A stretch of DNA of 64,000 bases from Dehalococcoidia bacterium (GCA_965211635.1 OZ242948.1:1460653-1524652), one strand, 5' to 3'. Shown: positions 45,938 through 56,014, numbered from the stretch's first letter. Notes: a model not told the origin generated them from the letters alone. Numbers and translations are program-made.

Positions 45938-46957
45938 TCAGGGGCTGTCCTTGTGGTTGCGGCGGACCGTGACTCCGGACAGCGTCTCCAGCACGACTCG
46001 ATTGCCAAGCAGCGCGGTGACTTCGGACTGGTCGTAGGCCGGCGCGACTTCAACCACGTCCATGCCCAGCAGATTGGACTCCATCCCGATGCGGCGGACC
46101 GCGTCGAGTAGTTGGCGCGAAGTCAGGCCGCCGGACTCGGGCGTGCCGGTACCGGGCGCCATGCCCGGATCGACCACGTCCACATCAACTGAGAGAAACA
46201 CGCCGTCGCAGTCCTCGGCAGCTCGCTCCAGCGCTTCCGTGAGGCACGCATCGAGACCGCGCTCTACGACCTCGGTCATCTCGTACCAGCGCATCCGCTG
46301 CTCGGCCATCCACTCCAGGATCGGCGGATCGGGCCAATAGCCGCGCAGGCCGATCTGCAGGAAGCGGTCGCCGCGAATGGCGCCGCTCATGATCAGTCGG
46401 CGCATGGGCGTGCCGTGGCCCCAGAGGCCGCCTTCCGAGTCGCCGGTGTCGGCATGAGCGTCGAAGTGGATCAGGGCGACGCGGCCGAATCCATGATGCT
46501 TGGCCACGCCCTGCGCGGTTGCGTAGGTGATCGTGTGATCGCCGCCGAGGACGACAGGAATCGCACCCGCCTCGGAGACGACACGGCAAGCCTCCATCAG
46601 GCGCGCGAGACCTCCCTCGCTGTCGAGCTGGGGCATGTTGACATCGCCGACGTCAACGACACCCAATTCGCCCAGCGGATCGACGCGCAACGCCAGATGG
46701 GGTCGATAGCCGCTGTGGGGCAGGTAGTCGGTCGAGCGAATTGCTTGCGGACCGAGTCGTGCCCCGGGCCGATAGCTGGTGCCGGCGTCGAAGGGCGCGC
46801 CGATTACCACGGCCTGTGCCTGCGCAAGCGACTCCGGTTCTCTCAGGTTGGCGCGCGGCACGCCGAGGTAGGTGTTGCCTGGGCCGTACCGATTTGGCGG
46901 GCGATTCCTGACGTGCGCTTCGGCGTATGAACCGGGAAGGTCGGTTTGATCGGACAT
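45938..46957 (-). CDS. Agmatinase/arginase (ureohydrolase) family
   Basis: GGDHTIT...FDAHADT...SVDVDVVDP manganese-binding motifs; ATG 46957 with GGAAGGACAGG upstream. Confidence 0.8.
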   Translation of the reverse strand: MSDQTDLPGSYAEAHVRNRPPNRYGPGNTYLGVPRANLREPESLAQAQAVVIGAPFDAGTSYRPGARLGPQAIRSTDYLPHSGYRPHLALRVDPLGELGVVDVGDVNMPQLDSEGGLARLMEACRVVSEAGAIPVVLGGDHTITYATAQGVAKHHGFGRVALIHFDAHADTGDSEGGLWGHGTPMRRLIMSGAIRGDRFLQIGLRGYWPDPPILEWMAEQRMRWYEMTEVVERGLDACLTEALERAAEDCDGVFLSVDVDVVDPGMAPGTGTPESGGLTSRQLLDAVRRIGMESNLLGMDVVEVAPAYDQSEVTALLGNRVVLETLSGVTVRRNHKDSP

Positions 46958-47057
46958 CGGTCGCCTGTCCTTCCGGTTGCCCTCGGAGGGGTAACTAGAA
47001 TGGTATCCAGCGCGTCCCACGGGGTGGCAACCACAGGCTGGGAAGGAGCGGACGGCG

Positions 47058-48629
47058 GTGGTCACTGAGTCGACGACCGAAGCGCAGCTCGCTGATCTCC
47101 GCTCGGCGCTGGAAGATCTGCCGCGACGCAGAACCCAGGCGCTACCCGCGCTGCATGTGGTCGATCACGTGTACGGATATCTGGACACGACAGCCCTGGA
47201 AGAGGTCGCCAGGTGGATGCACATGCCGCGCGCCGAGCTGTTCGCAGTCGCCACCAGCTACACCGAGTTTCGCTGGAGTCCGCTGGCCAATGACGCGGCG
47301 CGCATCTGCCGAGGGCTGCCATGCCAGATTGCATCCGGGGAGTCTGACGTCCGCGGCGAGGCGCACGAGTGCATGTTCCTCTGCGCCGCTGCGAGCGACG
47401 GTCCAATCGCAGTGAGTGGAAGCGGACGCATTGAGTCATTGACAGAGAGCGCGGTCTTCGACGCGGCGAGAGGTCTCGTTCCTGGCGGTCTGACTCGTGT
47501 GACCGCGAAGCGAACGGCTGATCGACCTGACTGGCGGGGCTGGCACGCGGCATCGAAGCTGAGTCCAGGCGAGGCAATGGAAGTCGTCGCTCAATCGGGC
47601 TTGCTGGGACGCGGCGGCGCCTACTTCCCCGTCCATCTCAAGTGGGGCGGAGCCATCGACGCTGCGGCTCGCAACGGCGAGCCCTTTCTGGTCGCCAACG
47701 GCGAAGAGGGCGAGCCGGGCACGTTCAAGGACCGCTGGCTGATGGAATCGGACCCTCAGCGCATCCTCGAGGGCATTCGCATCGCCTGCTACGTGCTCGG
47801 AGCGACCCACGCGTTCTGGTACATCAACGGCATGGCCGACCGCTCGGCGGCGGCGGCGGAAGCAGCGATCGCAGAGGCAACTTCCGCCAACCTGCTCGAC
47901 GGCCTGACGGTCGAGATCCGTCGCGGCGCGGGAGGATACGTGTGCGGCGAAGAGTCGGTCATCCTGGAATCAATCGAAGGCCGACGCGCGGTCCCCCGGC
48001 TTAAGCCGCCGTACCCCACCGAACGCGGTCTCTGGGGTCGGCCGACCGCGATCAACAGTGTCGAGACGCTGTCCAACGTCCCCGACATCTTCGAGTTCGG
48101 GGCGGACTGGTTCCGCGAAGTCGGCGGCGAGACGACGCCTGGGACCAAGCTGATTCAGCTCAGCGGGGCGTTCCGCAACCGCGGTGTAATCGAACTGCCG
48201 CTGGGGACGCCGGTGTCCGAGATCATTGAACTCGCCGAACCGTCCGAGACGCTCGCCGGCGTGACGATGGGCGGTCCCTCGGGAGGATTCTTGTCGCCGG
48301 ACAGCTTCGGCACGCCAATCGCGCCTGGCGCGATGGACGGACACGGCGCGCTGCTGGGCGCAGGCGGGATCATCGGGATACCGGAATCGTTCGGGATCGA
48401 ACGGGCGTTGTCGGTCTGGGCCGAGTACAACGCCAACGAGTCGTGTGGCAAATGCACACCCTGCCGCGAAGGATCAGGTCGAATGGCCGAGGCGTTGGCC
48501 CAGGGCAACTGGGCGGACGTCGAGGCGCTGATTCCCCTGATCACGGCTGGCTCGCTGTGCGGTCTGGGTCAGATGGCGGCCAACCCCATCACCTCGGCCC
48601 GCCACCAGTTCGGCGGCTCAGTCGCTTGA
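47058..48629 (+). CDS. NuoE-NuoF fusion (NADH-binding, FMN, 2Fe-2S and 4Fe-4S diaphorase module)
   Basis: N-terminal C-x5-C...C-x3-C thioredoxin-like ferredoxin; GRGGAYFP FMN region; ESCGKCTPCREG 4Fe-4S motif. Confidence 0.75.
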   Translation: MVTESTTEAQLADLRSALEDLPRRRTQALPALHVVDHVYGYLDTTALEEVARWMHMPRAELFAVATSYTEFRWSPLANDAARICRGLPCQIASGESDVRGEAHECMFLCAAASDGPIAVSGSGRIESLTESAVFDAARGLVPGGLTRVTAKRTADRPDWRGWHAASKLSPGEAMEVVAQSGLLGRGGAYFPVHLKWGGAIDAAARNGEPFLVANGEEGEPGTFKDRWLMESDPQRILEGIRIACYVLGATHAFWYINGMADRSAAAAEAAIAEATSANLLDGLTVEIRRGAGGYVCGEESVILESIEGRRAVPRLKPPYPTERGLWGRPTAINSVETLSNVPDIFEFGADWFREVGGETTPGTKLIQLSGAFRNRGVIELPLGTPVSEIIELAEPSETLAGVTMGGPSGGFLSPDSFGTPIAPGAMDGHGALLGAGGIIGIPESFGIERALSVWAEYNANESCGKCTPCREGSGRMAEALAQGNWADVEALIPLITAGSLCGLGQMAANPITSARHQFGGSVA

Positions 48630-48860
48630 TCTGCCCGCTCTCAGTCCCGGCCCGCGCGCCGGGACCCGCTCGGCACATGACAGCGCATTTCACCAAGACA
48701 GCGCGTTTCACCAGGACAGCGCGTTCTAACAAAGTCGCCCCCGCGCAGGCGGGGGCGCCTCGAGTCGGTTGACCCGGCCGGGCCCCGCCTGCGCGGGGCC
48801 GACGATGGTTGGCGCGGGGCCGACGATGGTTGGCTTGCGCTCCGTTCTACAGAGAGCGGC
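48630..48860. terminator. Cluster of GC hairpins and short tandem repeats between convergent genes (family C)
   Basis: CCCGGCCCGCGCGCCGGG; GACAGCGCGTTTCACCA x3; CGCCCCCGCGCAGGCGGGGGCG; GGCCCCGCCTGCGCGGGGCC; GCGGGGCCGACGATGGTTGGC x2. Confidence 0.5.
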
Positions 48861-48879
48861 GTAACCTTCGCACTGCGAC

Positions 48880-51279
48880 TCAGTCATCCGTCGATGTGAA
48901 TCCGCCCCGAGCGATCAGCAGCGGCGCCGTGGGCACGTCTGATGTGATCTCCAGCGCGTACAACTCCGCAATCTGTTCATCGTCATAGCCAAGCTCGGCG
49001 AGGACTTCGCTGTTATGCTCGGCGAATCTTGGCGCGGCGCGACGGATCGAGGGTTTGGTCCGGCTGAACTGCCAGGGCCAGCTGGGATAGGGATAGACGC
49101 CGATCACCGAGTGGTTCAGCCACTGGTAGAAGCCACGCGCGTGGATGTGGGGGTCATGCAGCACCTGCCAGTTGGCCAGGATCGGCGCCGCCGAGATACC
49201 GGCCTGCTGCAGCTCCCGGACCGCCTCGTACTGCTCGTGTTGGCTAGTCCAGACCTCAATCGCGCCGTCCAACTCGTCTTGACGCTCGGCGCGGCCCTGC
49301 AGGGTCGACAGCTCCGAGTCGGACAGCAGGTCTGTTCTGCCAATGATTGAGCAAAGCGCCGACCAATCTGCGTCGGTCTGCGCCGAGAGCGCGATCCAGG
49401 AGTCTTCGCCCATCGCCCGATACGCGCCCTGGGGCGCGAAGCGTCGGTCGCGGTTGCCGTTCGGCCGCATCACCTGACCGCTGGTCTGGTACTGCATCAG
49501 CGACTCGAAGAAGTATGCGGCGCCGGCTTCGTTGAGCGCCACGTCGATGTACTGACCCTCGCCGGTCTCGTCGCGATGCTCGAGCGCGGCCAGGATGGCG
49601 ACAGTCGCGTGATTGCCCGAGACCGGGTCTGCGTAGAACAGCGGTGTGCGGCGGACTTGCTCGGCGTCATAGCCGGTCACCGAGGCCAGGCCGGAGGACG
49701 CCTCGATGTTCGAGCCATAGGCTGACCAGTCGCGCCAGGGACCGGTGGCGCCGAAGCCGGACATCGACACGTAGACGATGCGCGCGTTCTGTTCACGCAC
49801 GGTCTCGTAGTCGAGCCCAAGGTTGGGCATCACGCGGGCCGAATTGTTCTCGACGAACACGTCGGCCTCACGCATCAGCTCTATGAAGATCTGCTTGCCC
49901 TCGGCGGCTGAGAGGTCTACGACGAGGTCGCGCTTGTTGCGGTTGAGCAGGTTGAAGTACATCGCCCGGTCGTAAGGGTACTTCTGCGGGTCCTGGGTTG
50001 GACCAGGCATGAACAGCGCCCGAGTCGCCGGACGCGCCGCCCACTCCAGCTTGACCACGTCGGCGCCCAGATCACCGAGGTGTCGACCGACGATTGGACC
50101 GGCCCAGTTGCTGGTCAACTCGACCACGCGCAGGCCTGCCAGCGGCAGGTCGGCGGTCGCCATCGCCGGCGGCGGCGGAGGCACCGGCACCTGGGCAAAC
50201 TCAGCTTCCAGCGCGTCGGTGTGCTCGCCCAGCGCAGGCGCCGATCCCTGTCGTTCGGCCGGCGTGCCCGACATCAGGAAGGCGGGTCCAGGGAAGCGGA
50301 GTTCGTCCCACTCGGCGTCTTCTCCCTGCTCCCACCAATCGCGCGAAGCGAGCTGGATGTTCGCGTCCAGGCCCTTCGCGTCGAGCACCGGTGTGCAGGC
50401 GATGCGCAGCTCCTGGGCGAGCGTGGCGACCTCGACCGAATCGTGGTCCTGGGCCCATGCTTCGACATCCTCGTAGAGTTGCGCCAGTTGCCCGCGCCAC
50501 TCGTCGATGTTGGTGATCTCGACCGACTCCATCCGCTCGGGTTGACCGATCAAGAGAAAGATGTTTGGATTCGGCACCGCGCGCATGAACAGCGCCCAGC
50601 CGTCTCGCGTCTTGGTGAAGTCGTGCGGTACCCGATTGAGCGGCAGGCCGCTGGCGATCCAGGATGAGATCAGCCAGGCGTGAGCCGAGAGGTTGGACTC
50701 GAGCGCAGAGATTTCGACGGTCTGACCGTGACCCGAGCGCCGACGCTCCCGGACTGCCGTCATCGCGGCGATCGCCGCGTGTACCCCGGCGTGCAACTCC
50801 GACTGTCCGCCCGGCAGCATCAGCGGCGAGCCCTCAGGATCGCCGGTGAAGAACATGTAGCCGCCCATCGCCCAGGTGGCGATGTCGGAGCCGCGCCAAT
50901 CCGCGTAGAGACCATCGGAGCCCCAGGGGGACAGCTCTACGGTGACGACCCGTTCAGGCAGGACGTTGGGGAGTTCCGTTCTCCAATGAGAACGCTCATC
51001 AAGGATTACTACGTCCGCCTCGCGGGAGAGTCCTCGCAGGAGACGGCGAGCGGCAGCCGGATCGCTCGGCGCCGCCGATTGCTTGCCGCCGCTGAGATGT
51101 GCCCAGGGTCCGCCCCAGGACTTCTCGCCGGCGGCCCAGGCGCGCAGCTCGGAACCATTGGGCGGCTCAACGAGGATGACTCGCGCGCCAAGGTCGGCCA
51201 GCAGCTTCGACGCGTATGCGCCGCCAAGACCCGAACTCAGGTCAATGACCAGCAGCCCGCCGAGTGCTCGATCAGTCAT
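48880..51279 (-). CDS. Tandem-fused double CoA transferase family III (two CaiB/BaiF domains in one 799-aa chain)
   Basis: Two separate GADV(I/V)K(V/L)E N-terminal motifs (aa about 25 and about 385) each followed by a full family III core. Confidence 0.8.
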   Translation of the reverse strand: MTDRALGGLLVIDLSSGLGGAYASKLLADLGARVILVEPPNGSELRAWAAGEKSWGGPWAHLSGGKQSAAPSDPAAARRLLRGLSREADVVILDERSHWRTELPNVLPERVVTVELSPWGSDGLYADWRGSDIATWAMGGYMFFTGDPEGSPLMLPGGQSELHAGVHAAIAAMTAVRERRRSGHGQTVEISALESNLSAHAWLISSWIASGLPLNRVPHDFTKTRDGWALFMRAVPNPNIFLLIGQPERMESVEITNIDEWRGQLAQLYEDVEAWAQDHDSVEVATLAQELRIACTPVLDAKGLDANIQLASRDWWEQGEDAEWDELRFPGPAFLMSGTPAERQGSAPALGEHTDALEAEFAQVPVPPPPPAMATADLPLAGLRVVELTSNWAGPIVGRHLGDLGADVVKLEWAARPATRALFMPGPTQDPQKYPYDRAMYFNLLNRNKRDLVVDLSAAEGKQIFIELMREADVFVENNSARVMPNLGLDYETVREQNARIVYVSMSGFGATGPWRDWSAYGSNIEASSGLASVTGYDAEQVRRTPLFYADPVSGNHATVAILAALEHRDETGEGQYIDVALNEAGAAYFFESLMQYQTSGQVMRPNGNRDRRFAPQGAYRAMGEDSWIALSAQTDADWSALCSIIGRTDLLSDSELSTLQGRAERQDELDGAIEVWTSQHEQYEAVRELQQAGISAAPILANWQVLHDPHIHARGFYQWLNHSVIGVYPYPSWPWQFSRTKPSIRRAAPRFAEHNSEVLAELGYDDEQIAELYALEITSDVPTAPLLIARGGFTSTDD

Positions 51280-51329
51280 CTCAGCACCTCATAGCTCCCA
51301 GCCCCGGCGCCTGAGCCGGGACCCGCTTG

Positions 51330-51480
51330 ATCCGCCACTCGCAAGCTACAAGGGTCGCTCCGGCAGCTTGTTGGGGCGACCCTTGTGGTCGCCCGCGCGT
51401 GTGCATGTCCCCGCCTTCGCGGGGACGACCTTGAGGGGTCGCGCTCGCGGCCGACCACAAGGGTCGCCCCTACGAGATCG
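51330..51480. repeat. Family D long imperfect palindrome, copy 2
   Basis: CGACCCTTGTGGTCGCCCGCGCGTG...GTCCCCGCCTTCGCGGGGAC...GGCCGACCACAAGGGTCGCCCCTAC. Confidence 0.75.
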
Positions 51481-51489
51481 GCGCGGTCC

Positions 51490-52245
51490 CTAGACCAGCG
51501 GCCATGGATATGACCGCCGGCCCGTCGGCGGCGACGGCAGGTGTCGCTCAAGCACAACCAGCTCGGCTCGCAGGCGCAGCACTTCGATCTCTTCGGGACT
51601 GAGCAATCCAACCAGCGATTCCGCCGCATCTCCACCCTCTTCCAGCCTGGGGATCAATCGTTCCACATCGTTGAGCGACTCTGCGTCGATCGGTTCGCCA
51701 GCGTAGTCCCAGATCACGGTGCGGAGTTTCTCGTCCTGGTGGAAGGAGAGACCGTTATCTATGCCCCACAACTCGTTGTCTTCTCCCTTAAGTATGTGGC
51801 CGCCCTTGCGGTCGGCGTTGTTCGACAGCCAGTCGAACAGTGCGAACCGACGCATGACGTTGGCGTACTGTTCTCTTAACTCAAAGAACGTACAACTGTA
51901 ATCAGTCGGAATGTAAGCTTGCAGGGATCCGACCCCGTACTCCATCCCTTGCTCGCGTTCAACTGTTGGCGGAATCAGATTCCAGCCCAGCGCCGCCGAC
52001 AGCCGGAAGGCCGCGACTTCTCTTCGGTACAGGTTGGGTGGGAAGTCCCAGAGCGGATTCTCACCTCGTCCCGGCTTGTAGACCGCGTAGCCGAGGGTCG
52101 GCGCGTCGTCGTGCTGCAGTTCGAGCAGGAACACGTAGTTCGAGGCGTAGGGAATGCGAGCGCCATCGATCACCGTCCCCGAGGACAACCACTCCTGCAC
52201 CCGCTCGTCCAGCGGGTCCCACGACTGCTCAGGAAAGCGCTCCAT
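51490..52245 (-). CDS. SCO1664-family protein (PI3/4-kinase-like fold)
   Basis: Pattern N.V.L..L......AVYKP..GE.PLWDFP...L..REVAA...S..LGW...P.T....G.G..Q..I. Confidence 0.6.
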   Translation of the reverse strand: MERFPEQSWDPLDERVQEWLSSGTVIDGARIPYASNYVFLLELQHDDAPTLGYAVYKPGRGENPLWDFPPNLYRREVAAFRLSAALGWNLIPPTVEREQGMEYGVGSLQAYIPTDYSCTFFELREQYANVMRRFALFDWLSNNADRKGGHILKGEDNELWGIDNGLSFHQDEKLRTVIWDYAGEPIDAESLNDVERLIPRLEEGGDAAESLVGLLSPEEIEVLRLRAELVVLERHLPSPPTGRRSYPWPLV

Positions 52246-52249
52246 CCCC

Positions 52250-52420
52250 GAATCTTAGGGCCTTCGATCCCTCACTCCTTCGAGGGAGCTGCTCGCAAAC
52301 GCGCTGCCCCCTGGGGGGAAGCTGTCCCGTAGGGACTGAAGGGGGGACCGCCGACAGTCGCCATCTGTTCCGACTCCCTCTGACCTCCGCCTTGCGGGGG
52401 GAGAGGGAACAAGAGGGGCC
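52250..52420. repeat. Family B hairpin repeats (three units)
   Basis: CCCCCTGGGGGGAAGCTGTCCCGTAGGGACTGAAGGGGGGACC ... CCGCCTTGCGGGGGGAGAGGGAAC. Confidence 0.7.
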
Positions 52421-52423
52421 CTA

Positions 52424-53200
52424 CTACACCACAGTCAGCTCATCCCCGACCCGCACCTCACCTCCGACCAGCACATTCGCCTCGACGCCGAAGTTGAGGT
52501 GGCCGTACTCGTCGTGCAGCAGCTTCATCAGGTCCAGGTCTCGACCTTCGCCGGTCGGCGAGGCGTTGACTGCGTTGCAACGCTGGATCGGCGCGGTGAC
52601 ATCAATCTCAACCGAGTCGCCGATCCGCAGGCGCTTGCCGACCCACTCGAACTCGTCCCACTGATTGACGCCATCGACCGAGAAGTTGAGCCGGAAACGG
52701 CGCATGTCGACGTCCACTCCCGCTTTGGCAGTCAGGTCGGCCAGCGACGACATGCCACCCAGCGAGATCTGGGTCGGTCCGCGATCGGTGAAGCGCGAAT
52801 CGCCGTCTCCGAGCAACTGCAGCGGTTCGCGCTCCGGCCGACCGCGCAGCGGATTCTCGGGCAGCCCCAGCACCACGCCAGTCATCCACTCCGACATCTC
52901 AGCCCGCGACACCGGGTCGTCCACATCGGCCGTCCGCGCCTGCCCCTTGACCGTGACCGTCAACTCCCGTGTCTCCGGGTCCCAGCCCGACTCGATCCAG
53001 GGCAGATACGGAGTGTTGAGCATCGTCACCGACTGGCGCTTGGAGACCCAGCCGTGCGCACCCATGATCTCGGCGTTGCCGAAGGCGAAGATGAACGCCC
53101 GGTCGCCGACCACCGATTGGCCCGGACGCAGGGCCAACGAGGGCGCCAGGTGCGCGGTCATCCCTTTGACGGGGTAGGTGTAACAGGCGGAGATGTGCAT
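52424..53200 (-). CDS. MOSC domain protein (MOSC N-terminal beta-barrel plus MOSC)
   Basis: ISACYTYPVKG...; conserved MOSC Cys (PIQRCNAVN). Confidence 0.75.
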   Translation of the reverse strand: MHISACYTYPVKGMTAHLAPSLALRPGQSVVGDRAFIFAFGNAEIMGAHGWVSKRQSVTMLNTPYLPWIESGWDPETRELTVTVKGQARTADVDDPVSRAEMSEWMTGVVLGLPENPLRGRPEREPLQLLGDGDSRFTDRGPTQISLGGMSSLADLTAKAGVDVDMRRFRLNFSVDGVNQWDEFEWVGKRLRIGDSVEIDVTAPIQRCNAVNASPTGEGRDLDLMKLLHDEYGHLNFGVEANVLVGGEVRVGDELTVV

Positions 53201-53202
53201 GG

Positions 53203-55803
53203 CTAACTCCCAGCTTGTGAGATCGCATACTCGCGACAGGCCCGAGCGCGCCTGGCCTCGTCGACGGCCTCCCTGAGCTGACGGGCGAGGACCGGCTGTT
53301 CCGGTCCGAGTCGGCCCAGGACTGCTTCGGAACGGTCGATGATCTGCTCCGACGGCTCCATCTGTCCCGGATAGAGCGCGCCGAAAAAGCGCGAGGCGTA
53401 TTCCTTGTCCTTCTTCTCGAAGACATTCTCGATCTCGTCGAAGAAGCGGTCGATGTAGGAGGCGAGGAGGTCGGCCTGCGGTTTCCACCAGAATCCGTGC
53501 ATCGAGGCGGTCAGCATCTGCAGCGAGGTCTCGGTGTCCTCCTGGTAGCGCGTCCAGGCTTGCGACTTCACCTCGGCATCGGCGCGAGAGGTTCGAATCT
53601 GTTCGGCAGCGCGGCGTCCACGGTCGGAGCCGTCGCGTTGCAGCTCGGTCTCAAGCCGCTCGAATCCGCCGTCGAGCCCGTAGGCGGTGGCCTTGGTGAT
53701 CAGGGACCAGCGCATGTCCTGGTCGAGTTCGTATCCGTCGATCCCGGTGCCGTCGTCTATCAACGCGAGCGCTTCGTTGATGTGATCAGCGTTCTGCGCA
53801 GAACTGATCATGACGCGCGACCACATGATGCGAAAGTCGGGCTGTGAGGTGTCGAAGAGCTGTTCTCGCGCGAAGGCGTAGAGTCCGGCGGCGCTTTCCA
53901 GCCGCATCTCGTCGGGTAGATAAGAACTGACGGCGTGCAGGGCGTTGTAGGCAACCGTCTGGGCGATCTCCAGCGTGCCTTCAGAGGCGAGCTTCTCAGT
54001 CGCCAGCGACGCGTAGTCGGCAGGTGAGAACTGCTGATCGCGGACCATGTCCCAGAGCGTGTGCCAGAGCAGGAGCCGCTGGAATCCGTCTGGGAAGCGG
54101 TCCAACTCGTCGCGCACGAACTCAAGCGAGCGGTCATCCAGCGCGATCTTGGCGAAGGCGTGGTCGTCGTGGTTGGGGAAGACGGCTGCCGGCGCGGGCA
54201 TGCCCGACAGCTCCTCGATCACGGTCGACGCGCCGTCGATGTCGACCGGCTGCGCGTCGCGAAGCTGCGGACCCGCGTCCGAGCGGTCGTAAACGGCAAT
54301 CTCCGTCCGGTGCGGACGCAGCGTCGGATGCTCCGCCGGCGCGGTCTGCTGGATCGTGAACGAGTTGACCGCGCCCTCGGCGACATCCCACTGCGGCGCG
54401 ATCGTGTTGACCCCGGCCGACTCCAGCCAGAGCTGGGACCAGCGCCCCAGGTCGCGTCCCGAGCCGCGCTCCAGCGCCGCCAGGAACTCGCTCAGCGTGG
54501 TGTTGCCCCAGGCGTGGGTGCGGAAGTAGTCGCGCATCCCCTCGCGGAAGCCGTCGGCGCCGATGAACGCCACGAGCTGCTTCAGCACCGCCGCACCCTT
54601 GCCGTAAGTGATTCCGTCGAAGTTGAGGAAGGTCGCGTCCGTGTCGGGCACCTCGCCCGCGATCGGATGCGTGGTGGGCAACTGGTCCTGCTCGTAGGCC
54701 CAGGCCTTCATCCGCGCGTGGAACGCCGACCAGGCGCTCTCCGACCAGCGGGTCGCGTGCTCCATCGCCAGATAGGCCATGTAGGTCGCGAACGACTCGT
54801 TGAGCCAGAGGTCGTTCCACCAGCGCATCGTGACCAGGTCGCCGAACCACATGTGCGCCATCTCGTGCAGCACCACCTCGGCCCGGTTGAGCCGTTGGAT
54901 CTCCGTCGGCGGGTCTCGGAAGATCATCCGCTCCGAGAACGTGATGCAGCCCACGTTCTCCATCGCGCCCATATTGAACTCCGGCACGAACACCTGGTCG
55001 TACTTGTCGAACGGATAGCGGAAGTCGAAGAACTCCGAGAAGAACGTCAAGCCGTCCCGCGTCACCTGGAAGAACTCGTCCGGGTCGAAGTAGGGCGCAA
55101 TCGACTCGCGGCAGAGCACGCCCAGCGACGTCGTCCCCGCAGAGTCCGACCATGTGTCCTCGTAGCGCTTGTACGGACCCGCGATGAAGGCGAAGAGATA
55201 CGTCGAGATCCGCGGCGTCTCGATGAATACGTGCGTCGTCCGACCGTCGCCCGCGTCCGACGACGACACCACCGGATAGTTCGCCGCCACTTCCCACTCC
55301 GACGGCGCCGTCACGGTCAGGTCCAGCGAGGCCTTGATGTCGGGCTGGTCGAAGCAAGGCAAGAGTCTGTGTGCGTCATACGGCTCGAAGTGGGTGTATA
55401 GATACTCCTCGCCGTCCTCGGGATCAACAAACTGGTGGAGTCCGGCGCCGATGTGGTCGTACTCGTTGGTGTAGGAGATCTCGACCACGTTGTCAGAGGC
55501 CAGCGTCGATCCGTCCAGGTACAGCCGATTGCGCTCGTGCTTGATTGGCACAGCAAGATACGAGCCGTTGATCATTGCGCCTGACATGCGCAGCGAGTGG
55601 ATCGTCTTTGAGGTGCAGTCCAGGAATGTCCCGGCCGAGGGATTCGCCATCTTGAATCGAATCCAGAGCCGTCCTTCATAGGTGTCCGATCCTTTGGTCA
55701 GGTCCAACTGGAGGCGATATGCCACCTCGGAGATCTGCACGGCACGCTCCTGCGCCTCCTCCTCCGTCAGCACGTTCAAGGTGTCCGTCGCACCGTTCGC
55801 CAT
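53203..55803 (-). CDS. pepN: Aminopeptidase N (M1 family)
   Basis: GAMEN; HEMAHMWFGDLVT...E zinc site (HEXXH-18-E); start 55803. Confidence 0.85.
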   Translation of the reverse strand: MANGATDTLNVLTEEEAQERAVQISEVAYRLQLDLTKGSDTYEGRLWIRFKMANPSAGTFLDCTSKTIHSLRMSGAMINGSYLAVPIKHERNRLYLDGSTLASDNVVEISYTNEYDHIGAGLHQFVDPEDGEEYLYTHFEPYDAHRLLPCFDQPDIKASLDLTVTAPSEWEVAANYPVVSSSDAGDGRTTHVFIETPRISTYLFAFIAGPYKRYEDTWSDSAGTTSLGVLCRESIAPYFDPDEFFQVTRDGLTFFSEFFDFRYPFDKYDQVFVPEFNMGAMENVGCITFSERMIFRDPPTEIQRLNRAEVVLHEMAHMWFGDLVTMRWWNDLWLNESFATYMAYLAMEHATRWSESAWSAFHARMKAWAYEQDQLPTTHPIAGEVPDTDATFLNFDGITYGKGAAVLKQLVAFIGADGFREGMRDYFRTHAWGNTTLSEFLAALERGSGRDLGRWSQLWLESAGVNTIAPQWDVAEGAVNSFTIQQTAPAEHPTLRPHRTEIAVYDRSDAGPQLRDAQPVDIDGASTVIEELSGMPAPAAVFPNHDDHAFAKIALDDRSLEFVRDELDRFPDGFQRLLLWHTLWDMVRDQQFSPADYASLATEKLASEGTLEIAQTVAYNALHAVSSYLPDEMRLESAAGLYAFAREQLFDTSQPDFRIMWSRVMISSAQNADHINEALALIDDGTGIDGYELDQDMRWSLITKATAYGLDGGFERLETELQRDGSDRGRRAAEQIRTSRADAEVKSQAWTRYQEDTETSLQMLTASMHGFWWKPQADLLASYIDRFFDEIENVFEKKDKEYASRFFGALYPGQMEPSEQIIDRSEAVLGRLGPEQPVLARQLREAVDEARRARACREYAISQAGS

Positions 55804-55809
55804 CGCTCT

Positions 55810-55935
55810 CCCCATTTCCGCTCTCCCCCGCGCCAGGCGGAGATGCCGTTCCCTCATTTTCTCCCCCCGCTTCGCGGGGGGAGATGTCACGGAGTGACAG
55901 AGGGGGGCTCCCCGCCACCTCTCCGTATCAGCGAG
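55810..55935. repeat. Family B hairpin repeats in a divergent promoter region
   Basis: TCTCCCCCGCGCCAGGCGGAGA.. TCTCCCCCCGCTTCGCGGGGGGAGATGTCACGGAGTGACAGAGGGGGGCTCCCC. Confidence 0.7.
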
Positions 55936-56014
55936 GCTATCAGCGCCGGCCTCCGCCATTGTCTGCCGTACCATGCCGCTGGAACCGCAGAACCGAGGTA
56001 GAGAGGTCCAGACC

